From Amoebidium appalachense (taxonomy: Eukaryota > Protista > Ichthyosporea): a DNA stretch of 64,000 nucleotides. Position 1 is the first letter of the stretch. Each line of letters opens with the position of its first letter. Positions 1-22,906 of this stretch are shown here, piece after piece. Where the stretch lies: assembly GCA_963693365.1 (NCBI GenBank), contig CAVNZM010000008.1:1364001-1428000 (forward strand), in the 5' to 3' direction. The position numbers and the translations under genes are program-made. The notes below the pieces were generated by a model. The model saw only the letters and a program-made list of their open reading frames with translations. It did no database searches and was not told the DNA's origin.

Positions 1-316
1 CTAGAAAGTATGTGTGTGCACACGGAACTGGGGCACAGATGTACACAGAAACACATTTCATAAACACACGTGCACGCCCAGGCATGCATGTTCGCCCACA
101 GGCACAAGCTCTTGCACTCCCCTTACTAACGCACACACGCACACACAAACACACACACACACACTCACACACACACACACACGCGCGCGCATACACACAC
201 ACACACTCTCTCTCTCTTCCCCCCCCCACCTCCCCCTCTCTCTCTTACACACACAAAACCGAGACACAGAGACACAACACCCCTACTACCCCCCCCCTTC
301 CCCCTCCCCCCCCCCC

Positions 317-351
<35 letters not shown>

Positions 352-408
352 ACACACACACACATACACTGATCTCACCCACCCATGTTCCACACAGCCC
401 ATGTCCAA

Positions 409-8358
<7,950 letters not shown>

Positions 8359-10636
8359 AGGGGTGGCACATGTATATAGTTGCAACGATGGCCCAAATTC
8401 TTGTTGTCTCAGTGAGAACATCGATCAAGTGGCTATGAGATCTTTGTTGTCTTTTCGACAACACAGTTTAGGTAGCCAAGAGCTTGATGTCTCTGTGAGG
8501 GCATAGATGAAGCCGCTAAGGTCGCTAATCTAGATCTCTTTAAGTACGTTAATGGAGGGAGTGGTTGAGGAGGAGAGGAAAGAGGGAGGGGGCGAGGAAT
8601 CTCAGAGAGCCAGGAATGGATTTCTTTGGGGTGAACCTGGAACGCGTATGCACACTTTACTTTTGTCAACATGGTTGCTGGTGTACTTGCACACACACGC
8701 ACACACGGAAATGCACACTCACACACAACACACCCTAATTGGCAACTTTACGACATCATTGTATGTACTGGCACAGTCAAGCCCTCATGTAATTGCATCG
8801 GCAGGAGAGTATATACTCATGCAGGCCGCCCTGTAATGCACAATAACACGTTCGTGACTATATTAAGAGCAATTCTTGCGCACTGCTGTTGAATTCGTAA
8901 GCGTATGTACGTCGTTTAGGTAAAACAGATGATAAATTTTGTTGCTGCTACCCTCGGTTCGTGCGCAGGCACTACTCATGATTTCCCAACCTGCCCGGGC
9001 AAGCGTTTTGGGCACACAATCTTGCACCAAACGCAGGCAACCGAGGTCACCGGAGGACCCAGATGTACCGTTAAGTTCCGCCGATAATGCCCTGCCGTCT
9101 TCTTAAGCACCACACGGTTATGTCATAAGGACTCCGTGGGGCGCTCGTTTACACGCAGAACATTTCAGAACATGTCACTTTTGCCAATGATTTATTCATC
9201 AGGGAAATTAGGGCATCATATGATCAAACCCAGCATACTTGCATGCCTTTATATATACTACCATGCAAATAGTTACATACTGCCGGTTGCTACGGTACTT
9301 GGAAAACCTGAACCAAAAACAATATACATATATCAAATAGCACCTTATGCCACTAACATTTCCATGGCAAATGTGCTGACATAGGTACACACACTGTGTC
9401 ACGTGTGTACAGGCTAAGTACACAGATCAAGGTGAAATTGTAGGCAACCGTTTTTACCCGCAACGCATACCAAAGGGTTTAGCCTGGCCAATCTAAACAT
9501 ATCGTCCATTTGCTCTGTCCAATTAAAATGGACTACGAATTCCGCAATAATGATTACGAGACTTACAGTAGCATGATTTTCGGTGTACATTATTCAAAAT
9601 ACTCATAGCTTACCTGTCCGCGGCCTGTTCACTGAACCGTAATAAAGTGACGTGGCTGCCACTTGCATATGAATGAGTAAAGAAAAAAATATTATAAATA
9701 AATGAAACTTAATCAGATGATCGATTTTGGGCTTCTTATTACACAAAATCATTTTGTGAATTAATGACCAAAATCTTTAGCGGTTCTTCCGGGATCTTTC
9801 AAACCCTTTATATCACCGGTGAGAGCAAGCAAAGTCATATAAAAGTGATTGGGCAAATTTACTGGCACTTACAAATATTGCGAACAACAAACTTCTGGGT
9901 TCAACTTATCTGTAAACCATATTTTTTCTTATTGATTAGTTTGTCAATGCTTCGTTTCTGAGTATTAATTATAAGAATTCACCAACGTACACATTGTGAA
10001 AACAGACGTAGGCGGTTCAACAGCTTCCGCGAAGGAAACGATTATGCTGCCACCCATTCAGCCAGATTCAGAGCGCCGCGCCGCCGGGCATTCCACAATC
10101 GTCAAAGCTCATTGTTATTGGTTTATTATCACACATGTGTGTGCCAGCAGCATCGTTTGCTGTGTCTGTCCCGCACCGCAGGTCCGCCTCCTGCATGGTC
10201 ATCGAAAAGTGTTTGTTTTTTGACGTCCGGATCCCAGCCACTCTGTGTGCTTGAAGTGAACTCTATGTAGGCAGGAGGTAATAGCGTCACCACTCTTTAT
10301 GTATTCTATATGGTGGTGTTAATATTTTTTTAGCTCATTTGCTTGTACATGTGTGGCCGATGTTAGTAATCATAGCCGGCCAAGAAGTAATCGGCTTTGC
10401 AGTTGAAAAGAGTAACAGGAACAGGGAATTTAGGAGTAAGAACGTATGCAAAAACCACAGCACACAAGCAGGTCAAGTTTCGTGATTTTTGGTCTACAAT
10501 CCCACCTTATTTTAAACGCCGTAGTCAAGCTGATGAGTGCGACTTCCTGAAACCAACAGGGAAAGAGTGTGCTGTCCAAAAACAGTTCGTTTGAGCGTTA
10601 CACCAATTGAACAACACACGTAACGTGGGGAGGAAA

Positions 10637-10812
10637 ATGAGATTGTGGGCAATACTTGCCCTGGGGCTGGCGGGGCAGCGGGTGGGTGCAGTGCCCTGGC
10701 ACACCGTAAACGACTTTGACGATGACGGACAGGTCTGCAAGCTTATGGACGTCAAGCAGGTGGGTGGGGTGCGGAAGATGGAGGAAACGGAATAGGAGGG
10801 AAAATTTGTGTA

Positions 10813-10848
<36 letters not shown>

Positions 10849-10890
10849 AGGGGGGCGGGAGGGGGGGGGGGGGAGGGGGGGGGGGAGTGT

Positions 10891-10921
<31 letters not shown>

Positions 10922-12510
10922 GGGTGGGTGCTGGGAGGGGGCGGCATTGGAAGTAGGAGAGTGTCTCCAGAAGAAGGTTTACACAAAGTGCATGTAATAC
11001 GACTAAGATGTGTTGGTTCACAACCGTGTGTGCGGTCGCTATGTGTGGTTGGTTTCGGTATGTTGGATCATAGCCTAGTTTAGGTTTGGAAGATAGTGAA
11101 GGGGAAGAGATGGGGTGGAAGGTCGCTTGGGAGGTCTTGTAGCACTTGAGTGGTGCCTCGACGTGCGTGTGGAGGTATATATTGCTTGGTGGCAGATATA
11201 TGTGGAATGATACAAATGTCCTCCCACGCTCATTCTCATACCCCTGAGGTGTTCTGTTGGCGTGAAGGGGGTAGTTTTTGTATTCTTTTTGTGAAAGCGC
11301 TCTTTACAATCAGTGTCATTTTGCTCGCTCACACGTTTTTTCGTTTCTTTTCTGCTCTTTCTCTCAAATATGTTAACTGTGTTCCCCTGTGCACGTGTTG
11401 GTTTGAGAAAACTGTGCAGGGCATTGGCAGACAGGCCCTTTATTCATTTAGTTTTTTTTCCTCTGGAAAATGGATACAAGAAGGTTTTCTAACCTCTCAC
11501 GTCTTGCTCATTCCCTAAGAAGAAGTTAGTAACACACGCCTTAGGGACTACACACGCGAAGCACTATTATTTTGTGATTGAGGACACAGACAAGCACGGA
11601 ATGGTTTACCCTTCCTGCGCCCAGGGCATGTGCAGGCACCATACCACGTGCCCCACGTGCATTCACACACACACTTGCACACACACACACATTCTAGCAC
11701 ACACGCTTGAATATCGGCAACCAGATACACAATATGGTTGTGTGCATGTACAGTGTACAGAAAGCTAACACCGTGTTGGCTATCCAGCCGAACCCAATCA
11801 CAACATGCTCCTTCTTAGGTAGTAATTGAGCATGTTTTCATCCTCGCCCTAGTCATATGACCGACGTAACACACTTTTGCGTTGGCAGCGAAATCAAGCA
11901 CATGTTCACGCTCATTTTATTCCTCCCCCCAGGACTGCCCGTCATTATGTGTGCGGGACCTAGCAGACTGCCCGGCCTCCTTCGGCCCAGCCAGCTGCCC
12001 TCAGGGCACAGTCCTGTGTCCTGACGGCAAATGCCACAATGGCACCGCCAATGTGTGCACAAACATTAAAAACGAGTGTGCATGTGTGCACAGGGACCAG
12101 ATACCACGGCCAGCAGACGACGAGTTCTTGTCGTGCAGGCGTGAGATAGTGATGATGGGCTACTATGATGTTGTGGATGCGGACAAGGTGAATCAGGCAT
12201 GTGCCGGGGCATACGGTGTGCCCCACAAGCCCCTCACGTCGGAAAAGGCGGATGCGGGAGCCACTCAGTTGCTGCTGAATTGCACGTTGGCTGTTGAGGT
12301 GGTGGATTTTACAGACCCTGGGTTCATAGCCACTTATGTTATATTCGGCACGTTTGGAGTGCTGCTGCTCATATGGGCGGTTTTCAAGTGGTGGGTGTCC
12401 CTTGGCCACGCAATGAGACTATCTGCTTGTTGTCCGGTGTAGTGATGCTTGGTGTGTGAATGTGTGGGTGGGTGGGGGGGTGTGGGTGTGGGTGGGTGGT
12501 TGGGTGGGTC

Positions 12511-12584
<74 letters not shown>

Positions 12585-12846
12585 TGTGTGTGTGTGGTTT
12601 GGGTTTGGTGGATGGGTGGATGGGTGGATGGGTGGATGGGCACTATGTTTAGGGGGGGGGGGGGGGAGGGGGGAGGAATGTGTTTTGTGTGTGTATGGGT
12701 GTGTGCAGATGTGTGTGTCTTGTGTGTGGGTGTGGGTGTGTGTTGTATGTGTGTGTGTGTGTGAGGGCAGAGGGAAAGGAAGGGTTTGGGGTGGTGGTGG
12801 TGTTTTTTTTTTTGTTTGTTTGTTTGTTTGTTTTTTGGGTGTGTGT

Positions 12847-12890
<44 letters not shown>

Positions 12891-13496
12891 GCACAGTTGT
12901 TGTTCATTTGCATATGTGTGCTCACAAAATCATTCTTTGTTGGCATGCATGATTGATTAATGGAAGGTGTGTGAGTGGCTGTATGCATTCAACTCCCTTT
13001 AATCCCTTTTAGGGTTTGTTATCCATAGCCCCACATAATTCTCGACTGTGAGTGTCTCTTTCTCGTCTTGAATGTAGGCCCATTCGTTGCCTGGGGGCAT
13101 GCAATTGACACCACCCAGGGAATGTGGTTGGATTTCTTGTGGGTTATCTTAAGTGGAGTCGATGTGCAGCAGCACTTGAGTGGGGATTGGACTTACCAGC
13201 ATACCCCCCTCCCTCCCACCCTTATCCATCCCCCCCCCCCCCCCTTTCTACCTGTCCCCATTTTGCACGGGTAATGCTAACGGTATTATGTTTCAGGGCG
13301 GTTGAGAGGTCAGTGATTCGTGAGGACCACATGCGTGAGTTGCGCAAAAAGAGGGACCATGAGAGTCAGGCCACAGAGATGGGCCTGATGGGGGAGGAGA
13401 ATATCGAGCTGAGACAGAGGGGTTTGAGGTGGGTGCACGTGCATGCATGTCAATCCAGGCACGCGTGTGCATGTGCATCGATGCACATGGACATAT

Positions 13497-13578
<82 letters not shown>

Positions 13579-13756
13579 TATGTTCATATGCGGCGCCGTG
13601 GCACACACATGGACATGTGCACGTTCACACGCGCAGGAACTGGTGCAGGTTGGAGTGTCCGTACCGGTTTGTTTAGACACCAACGCGCGCACACACAGGT
13701 ATGTGCACACACATACACACACGCATACAGGTAGATAGATAGATAGAGAGAGAGAG

Positions 13757-13798
<42 letters not shown>

Positions 13799-14179
13799 CT
13801 GTGGAATATATATCAGCACCGAACCCACACTGGAACGTGCAAGAGACTCAAACCCTAACCACCCCCCCCCCTGCTGACTTCCCTAAGAATAGGCCATACT
13901 ACATTAATACCACATTCTAACACGTCAATCCCATCCCCCCAAAATCATGGCTTGTCCATACATCCACATGCACACACACTTCGACAAATCCATGCACACA
14001 TCATATACACGGCACGTCACAAGCGTGTCCACAAACCTGCAGGCCACATTCTTACACATTCACGGCCATATACACGCACACTCACGTGCACGTACATGCA
14101 CACACACGTACACACGTACACGCACATGTCCACACACGTACACATATACGTACATGCCAATACACGTACACGGGCACAT

Positions 14180-14249
<70 letters not shown>

Positions 14250-16221
14250 GCGCGCACGTACAGGAACCACTGGTTCGGCCAGCTCCTAGTGTTCTACATT
14301 GCCGTGCTGTCTTTTGGTTGGTTCATTGTCATGGCTCTCCTCACCTATGACTACTACCACCAAGGCGACGATCACATACCCATCATCTACTCGAATGATG
14401 AGATCCTCTCTGCGGCCTTTGTAGCCGTGTGGCATCTGTGTGTGTTTTGGTTCTTTGCTCTCAAGGGCTTTGAGACTACAATTAGGAACTTTTTCAGACT
14501 GCGCACACCTATCCATAAGGTAATGGCAACAATCCCCCCCCCCCCTTCCCCCCCCCCCCCAAAAAAAAAAAAAACAAAACAAAAAAAAAAAACAAACAAA
14601 CACATACACACACAATTACCAACCCGTTTACATAAAGGAGGATGAGTCGAAACTCGACGATTGTGGGTGACTTGGGCCCAACTTGATATTGTGCTTTGCT
14701 TAGGATGCATATTCTTTGTGCGTCCTCTGCAAAGGGTCTTGTTGATGTTGTCCGTCGTGAACGTGTGCTTCGTACTCGATAACACATTCTTCCCCCCCCC
14801 CCCCCCCCTCCCTCCCTCCCTCCCCCGCTCCCCCTTCCCCTGCGCTTGTAGTTCCCTTTTTCTTTCAGGGCTTCTCTGGTTTTATGTTTCCTCCCCCTCA
14901 TGCAGGACGTGTTTGGGCTGTGTTGAAGTGTGTCGTCCCCATCCCCCCCCCCCCCCCCCTATCCGTTTGTTCTTGTGTACTTCGTACTTTTTGACGCATT
15001 CAAACCCCCCCCCCCCCCCCCCCACACACACACACCCAAGCCTCCAAGCCTCTTGCGGTGAGATAGAAACACCACAGTGGTGGTGGGCTCGCTTCGAATG
15101 TCTTGTGTATGTACAGGTTGGGGCAGTTTGTTTGATTCCATCTTGTGTGTTTGTATCTTTCTGGCCTCGTATGGTCATAGCTTCCATTGTTATAACTAGT
15201 GAAACGATACCCTCCCCTCCCCCCCCCCCCCCCCCCCCCCTCCCCACCCCCGCTCCACCCCGGGTGTGGTTGACTTGGGTCTCCCCTGAGAATGGGTTCT
15301 TCTTATGATCCACACTCTGTGTCCTTTGCAATCTGCATTGTGTGGTCCGTAATGTGTGTGTACTGCGTGCTCTGCAACACATTGTAACCCCCCCCCCCCC
15401 CCCTTCCCCCCCCCCCCCTCCTCCTCCCCGCGGCTTCCCCCAGGCGCAATTTGTTGAGATTTGGCGTCGTCGTGACCATGCAGTGATGCTTGCGGATGCA
15501 TCAGCAGCCATCCGTCTGCTTGCATGGCTGCGAGACAAGAGGCAGGCTCTGTTTGGTGCCGACGGTGTGTTGGAGACAGTAGAGGTGAGGAGGACGGATA
15601 AGGACCTACCCTACTTTGTGTATGAGTGCATACACTACAGCTACCAGCCTGCGTCGGGAGAGTACGAACGCATCAAGATTAATCTCGGGTCGACGTACGC
15701 CGACATACTGACACACACGGGGGGTCTCTCTACTGAGGAGGCAAAACACAACGAGCAGCTCGTCGGGTTGAACTTTATCCCCGTTGTTGTTCCTTCCGTT
15801 CCCGTTGCTGTGTTCCAAGAGTTCATGACGATTTTCTACCTGTACCAGTTCATGATGCTGTGGGTGTGGTACTACTTTGCCTACTGGCAGGTGGGCCTGA
15901 CGCTCACCGTTGTAATCATCGTGAGTGGTCTCATCAAGGTCTACTACAAGCAGGTGTCGCAGAAGAAGATCAAAGCCATGGCCGAACATAGTGACATGTG
16001 CCGGGCATGGAGGAATGGCTGCTGGGAGGCATTGAGCACTATGGACCTGGTGCCTGGCGATGTCGTGCTGCTGGCCGAGGTTCGTGCCTCACAGCCCCCC
16101 GACCTTCCCTCTTCCCTCCGCCTCCCAATCACACATATGCACCCTTTCCCCTCACCCCAACCACCTGCCCACGCTCTCCTCTCTCCTGCACGCAAGAGCA
16201 AATGCTCGCACACACATGCAA

Positions 16222-16256
<35 letters not shown>

Positions 16257-16767
16257 ACCACACACACACACACACACAACAATTCTGGTGACACCACCGT
16301 CGTCTGAGCTATTCTAAAGGAGGGTGGGGTGGGTGGGGGGGGGGGGGGGGGAAAGGGCAAAGAAGGGAGCAGAAGAATGGACGGCAGATCGACGGCAGTT
16401 TTACGAGGAAAGGAAGGAAACGGGGTAAAGCAGACCACTCATGCGATCTAGCAGGTGCCCAGCTGTTACCTTGAGGCCTGGTGGTGTGTGTGTGTTGGGG
16501 GTGGGGTGGGGTGCGGGGGGAGGGGGGCAAGTCAGGTGTAGGCAAAAGAAGCACAAGCGAGACATGGACGTGTAGTCCTGACCACATACCGACGATTCCC
16601 TTAGATGTTTGCATGTATTGGGTGAATGGACCGCCCGAACACTTTACTAACATTCCCTTGCCTCCCGGCCTCCACCACCACCACACACACACAAACAAAA
16701 ACACAACCACACACCTCCCTCCCTCCTTCCCTACCCCCGCCTCCCCCCCCCTCCCCCCCCGCCTCCC

Positions 16768-16822
<55 letters not shown>

Positions 16823-16909
16823 CCCTCCCTCACTCCTACACCCCCTCCTTCCCGCCTCCCCCCTCCCCCCGTCCCCCCCCCCCCCTGCCTCTTCCCCCCC
16901 CCCCCCACC

Positions 16910-16970
<61 letters not shown>

Positions 16971-19655
16971 ACACAGAACCACACGGTGCCATGTGACGGT
17001 GTCGTCATCTCGGGGTCGTGTGTCCTCGACGAGTCCATGCTGACGGGTGAGTCAATGCCCGTGCAGAAGACACCAATCAAGGCAGACGGCACACAATACG
17101 ACAAGCACGGGGCAGGCAAGAAGCACACCCTATTTGCTGGTACGAGGGTGCTCTCGGCACAGCCACACGAGGGGGAGACGGAGGTGCGCATGCTCGTGTT
17201 GGCTACCGGCGCGGCAACGGACAAGGGGTCACTCATTCAACACATTTTGTTCCCATCGCCGATCTTCTTCATCTTTGACGAGCACCTGAAGATTGTGGTT
17301 GGCATCCTGCTGACGTGGGGGGCGATAGCGTTTGTGATCATGGTGGCCATGATGAACCAGGGCAACGTGTACTCGTGGTTCTATGGCATGATGACCATCT
17401 CCCAGACCATGCACCCCATGCTCCCCGCCGTGCTTGTGATTGGCCAGACGGTTGCTGCAAAGCGATTGGTCGAGAGGAGCATCTACTGCACCAACTTCCA
17501 GCGCATCGCCATGGCCGGCAAGATCCACGTGTTCTGCTTCGACAAGACCGGCACCCTGACACGTGACGGTCTCAACTTTTACGGCATTCATCCCGTCGGA
17601 AACCGCCAGCCTGCCGAGTTCCGCAGCGCAATCTACGGGTCGGAGAGTCTTCCAATCGAAATGCAGCGGGCCATGGCCGTGGCGCACTCTGTGACGCAGT
17701 TGGCCGGACAACTTGTAGGCAATCCCGTCGATGTGGAGATGTTTGGCGCCGTGCGGTGGGGCATAACCGTTGGCGAGTATGTGACGGTGAGCGAGCCGAA
17801 CGGGCGGGAGGCGCTGCGCATCGTGCGTGCGTTTGAGTTTGACCACGGCCGCCAGTGCATGACGGCAGTCGCCGTTGACCCTGCAACTGGGGAGGTGCAC
17901 GTGTATGCAAAGGGGTCGTTTGAGAAGGTCAAGGCCATGTCGAGGCCTGACTCGGTGCCGGCGGACTATGATGCCGTGGCTAGCGGGCATGCACAGGAGG
18001 GCTGCTACACGCTCGGCTTTGCGCATAGGTCCGTGGGCCGCGTGGACGTCGCGGCGATCAAGAGCATGAGCAGGGAGGAGATTGAGAGCGGGTTGGAGTT
18101 CCTCGGGTTGATCATGTTCCGCAATTTGCTTAAAGACGACACGGCAGACGCCATTGCGCAGTTAAAGAAGGGCAGCGTGCGGCCCGTCATGATCACCGGC
18201 GACAATGCACTGACGGCCGTGCACATTGCACGGGAGTGCCGCATGCTCGCCACCCCAACCACCACCGTGCTGCTGGGTGACCTTAGCCGCACAGAGCCGG
18301 GCAAGATACGGTGGGTGAGGCTGGATAGGGACGAGGAGGTCGACGTGGAGCAGTACATCAACCGCCGACCGATCATTTCGACCCGCGACACGTTCGGGCG
18401 GCTCGGCGCGCCCAAACGGCTCGGCGGTGGATTTGGTGCGACTGGGCCCAAGGGGGCGGTGAAGTTGGTGGATGAAGATGACGGGGAGGTGGCCAGTGCC
18501 GTGGAGGTCGACATGTCCGAGTCTGGTCCGGTGGAGTTGGCCGTCACGGGCCCAGCGTTCCGGCTACTGCTTGCACAGCGGCTCATGCAGCGCTACCTCA
18601 TGCACACGCGCATCTTTGCACGCATGACCCCCCACCAGAAGGTGCAGTGTGTGCAGTTGTTTATGGAGCGCGGCGTCACGGGTATGTGCGGCGACGGCGG
18701 CAACGATTGCGGCGCCCTCCGTGCGGCCCATGTTGGTGTGGCTCTGTCGGACGCCGAGGCGTCGATTGTGTCGCCGTTTTCCTCCCGCAACCACTCGATT
18801 CAGTCATGTGTGGCGCTGGTCAGCGAGGGCCGTGCGGCGCTTGCGACGTCGTTTTCATCGTACAAGTTCCTTGTGATGTACGGGGAGATCCTCGTCTTCC
18901 AGTCGTTCACCACGGCATACTTCATGATTCAGTTTTGGTGGTGGGCCTGGGTGTTCCTGGACGTGTTCATTGTCATCCCCATCTCATACGCCCTGTCCCT
19001 GTCCCGCCCCCGTGCCAAACTTGCCAAGTACCGCCCCACGGCCCGTCTCTTAGGCCTGCAGACTGTGGTTTCTGCATGCGCCATGACGTTCTTTAACGGC
19101 CTGTTCCAGGTGCTGTCGTTTGTGCTCCTTTTCAATGAGCCGTGGTTCAAGTGTCACGAGTTTGACGGTAACCGTGTGGACATTGAGCGGTGGTGGGAGA
19201 TGGGGGACAACTACGAGGCAGAGGTGACGGCCATCATGACCATCTTCCAGATGATTGCCGTGCCCTTTGCCCTCAACTTCGGCTCAAAGTTCCGCCGGCC
19301 CTGGTACTACAACTACCTGCTGGTGTTCCTGCTCTCGGCATACTTCAGTGTTATGGCTGTGGCCTTGCTTGCTGACCCCAACCCCCTGGGCTGCTTCTTC
19401 CACATCAACTGCGGCACCCCCGATGCCCTTGCGTCCCTCGGATACTCTGCCAGTGCGGCGTTCAACATTGATCAGTGGTATCTGCCTGGCGGCCACAACA
19501 TCATGCCGACGTCATTCCGCTACAAGTTGTTTGCGCTCGTGCTTGGTAATATTGCGGTGGTGTGGGCATTTGAGGCCATTGTGGTGTTGGGGCCTGTGAG
19601 GTCTATGTTGAGGCGCAAGGTGAGGGGGCCACAGAAACAGACCATGCTGATGTGA
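10637..19655 (+). CDS. P5-type P-ATPase (ATP13A-like) with N-terminal signal peptide and Cys-rich ectodomain, 6 exons: 10637-10759, 11933-12390, 13297-13428, 14264-14519, 15444-16079, 16977-19655
   Basis: Motifs [96 protein letters not shown] are typical of P5. Exons are GT-AG and phase-consistent. Confidence 0.92.
14643..14792 (+). repeat. Dispersed intronic repeat family, near full-length copy in ATPase intron 4
   Basis: Aligns with 3192-3320 at both ends; poly-C follows. Confidence 0.7.
15262..15388 (+). repeat. Dispersed intronic repeat family, copy in ATPase intron 4
   Basis: GTGTGGTTGACTTGGGTCTCCCCTGAGAATGGGTTCTTCTTATGAT...CTCTGCAACACATTGTAA followed by poly-C. Confidence 0.65.
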
Positions 19656-20063
19656 GCGTGATAGTGGTGGTGTGATTGAATTTTGTTCTTTATTGTGTGT
19701 GGATGTTGGGGTGTGTGGAAGGATGGTGGTGTATTAGATGGTAGTTGTGATTATGGTGTGATGGTTTTAAGGGTGGCGGGTTTGTTGAACAACATAAAAC
19801 CTGCAGTATTTTTGCAGTATTGTTCATGTAATCCTAACTAGATGTTTAATGGAAGTCAGGGGCTAGTCCCTATTATAGCAACCCAGATAGAGCTGTTCGC
19901 CATATATAGCAATTACTGTTTCAGTATGCCCAATCGGCCGTGGGTGTGCCTAGGACTTACCATATATGGTTATTGTTGTGAGTCAGATGATATAAGAATG
20001 ATGGCATTGTTTTGATTAATCAATCTTGTATCCCAGAATTAATCGGTCAATTAGAGTGATTAA

Positions 20064-21256
20064 TCTTCAACATTAATCTCAACTCCCCCTCAAAAAACGG
20101 AGTTGTTTCCCGTAAAAATGGTCCGACGGGGCTGAAACTTTCCATGAGCGAAGCAAACATATATAGGTTTGAAAGCCCAGCGGCTGGGTGTGTGTTGCAT
20201 ATGGACTTTTCTGCACAGCGAGAGCGTGACGGTAGGTGAATATGGATATCGAGGATCATTAATCAAGGAGCCACAGTGACTGCTGCAAGGCTTGAATGAT
20301 TGATCTGAGTGTGCTGTATTGCATTATGATGTGGGGGGGAAAACGCTGTGTTTCAACAAAGATAGGAGAGCAATGCTTTTACACCCCTCGAGTGCAGTAT
20401 ACCATTGGTTGCTGTTCGAACAAGACCCATTTATGGTGTGACGTATAGCCTTTTTTAGCTGTTGTAAACAAACAACACGGGCCGTGGCTACTTTTGAGGA
20501 CCCTGCTTGTAGATTATCATCTCACACCCAACTTGAACCCGTAGCGTTGCTGTGGATACACCCTGTCGTTTTTACTTTCTTTTTGTTTTCTTGTTTTCTT
20601 TTTTTTTTGTTTTTGGTGATGGACGCAAAGAATGGAAGGGGACTTTGAAATAATATTTGATGATAGTGGTGGGTTTGAAGCCGGGGCAGTAGACTCAGAC
20701 ATCTTTAACGATTTCTTTGCTGACGAAAGCACAAGTGATACAGAAGATTCTGTTGACAACGGTAATACCACACTCACAGGAAAATGGCATATTTATGACG
20801 CCAAGCAAGTAGAGTTAACACTCAAAGCAGACGATGTTGAAAACAGGCTTTTAGATACGTTCAGGAAGGAGACCTCGGAGATCCAGAAACGTTTGCTAAC
20901 CCACTTTTCTGGAGAGCCAACCATTAGTAACGTCCTCGACCTCTTCTTTTCACCACTCATTCTCCAGACACTGCTTGAGACTATCAATATTGGACTCCGT
21001 GCACGCAAGAAGAGGGCTGCCACACTACACGATTTACACGGTTTCCTGAAAGTGATCTGCTATTTGTCATTCTACGGTGTACACATGTGTCCCCCTCCGT
21101 GCACGTGTTCTATGATGTTAAACTGAGCCACGCATTCCCAACCGCAAACACCTCCACTTTTCATATTTTGTTTTTGTTGTTTCGTCCTGATTTTCTCTAT
21201 GCAAAGGAGCCTGTCTGAAGCTGTGTAGGTGTGTATGTGCCGTGTGTGTGTGCGTG

Positions 21257-21295
<39 letters not shown>

Positions 21296-21906
21296 CTTCT
21301 TTTCCTTCTCCCCCCCCCCCCCCCTAGTTTTTTGAATATACGTAATAGCAAGGGGGACTGGCGGCATGCCAGTAGCAGTGTATGTGTGTATGTGTGTGGG
21401 TGTGGGTTTGTGTGTGTGTATGTGTGTGTGCGGGTTGGCGGGGGGAGGGGGGGGGGGGGGGGGGAGGGGGGGACTGCCTGCCGTTGTATTCAGTGCCCTG
21501 CGTGACATCTCAGTGTATGAAGCACAAACAATACGGTCACTGTGCTTTGATGGTTTTGAAATTAAATTAGTGGCACGTTTCTGTGGTCACAGACCTGTAT
21601 TTGGTTTCATTATAAATATATATACATAAATATATGCCATAGCACATTAGTTATTAGTATTAATAATCCCTTTTTGGAAGATCATAAATAATTGAAACTT
21701 TGCCAACATAGTATTACTATAATTGTTCCCAGAAATGTCACCGAAAATTATGTGTGGCTCTTGGAGAGGAAGAAAAAATGGTTTAAATCATGCAACATGT
21801 CTCAGTGTGTATGGAAAACGTCTATGAATGATTCCCCCCCCCCCCCCCCCCCCCGCCTCCCCCTTCCTACATAGCCCGGCCCGAATTCCTGCCCCTCCCC
21901 TCCCCT

Positions 21907-21966
<60 letters not shown>

Positions 21967-22823
21967 TTGAACACACACACACGCGCACGCACTGTGGCAC
22001 CTGCCCACCTAACCGTGGTCACCCTAACACACACATGTGCACACACACACAAACACGTACACTCACAAAGACATGACACACACACATGGCATGGCACACA
22101 CACTGAAACGGCCAGGTACATGCATGCACGAGTGCACATATCACACTCACCCCGGGGCCCCGGCTCCCTGTTAAATAATAAGGAAATTCTATTCATAGCA
22201 ATATTGTACAGATTTACACAGACATTATACCCCCCCCCCCCCCCCCCCCCCCTCCGCCCCAACACACACACATGCACATGCACCGGCTGCCCACCCAACC
22301 ACCCTGACACACGCCGTGCACACCGTGGCACACGGACTCGTACATGCATGTATATAGAGATACACACACACACTGCATGCCGTGGCACACACTGCACTGT
22401 GAAACACAGTGCGTAACACGTACCACACGTGCACACACCACAAACAAGCACTGTGGCATCATACATGCTGAAAAACACACATGCACCCACACACACACAC
22501 GCGGTACACACTCACACGCAAACCGTGGACACCGTCACAGAAAACATGCACCGGCACACACTCTCAGCAATGTACACACGTACAAGCGTGTACATTGCAT
22601 ACAAACACACCCACACAAGCACACACATGTCATCACAGCTGAACACACTAACATCAGCATGTGCGTACAATAGCACATGCATTTTAAGTTGACCTGTACA
22701 GTACCACGGCACCGTGTTACGTGGCATCCATGCACTGCATGCAGCGTACACGTGGCACCACACACACCCGTATGTGTGCTTGTCTATATAGGCATATGCA
22801 CAGGCCCAGGCACACATGTGCAC

Positions 22824-22906
<83 letters not shown>

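Noticed and set aside
8880-10600. AT-richer intergenic region considered as a viral or TE insert
   Set aside because: No convincing ORF, terminal repeat or TSD was found by eye.
17229-18586. Long antisense ORFs (265 and 193 aa)
   Set aside because: Shadow frames of the GC3-rich ATPase exon.
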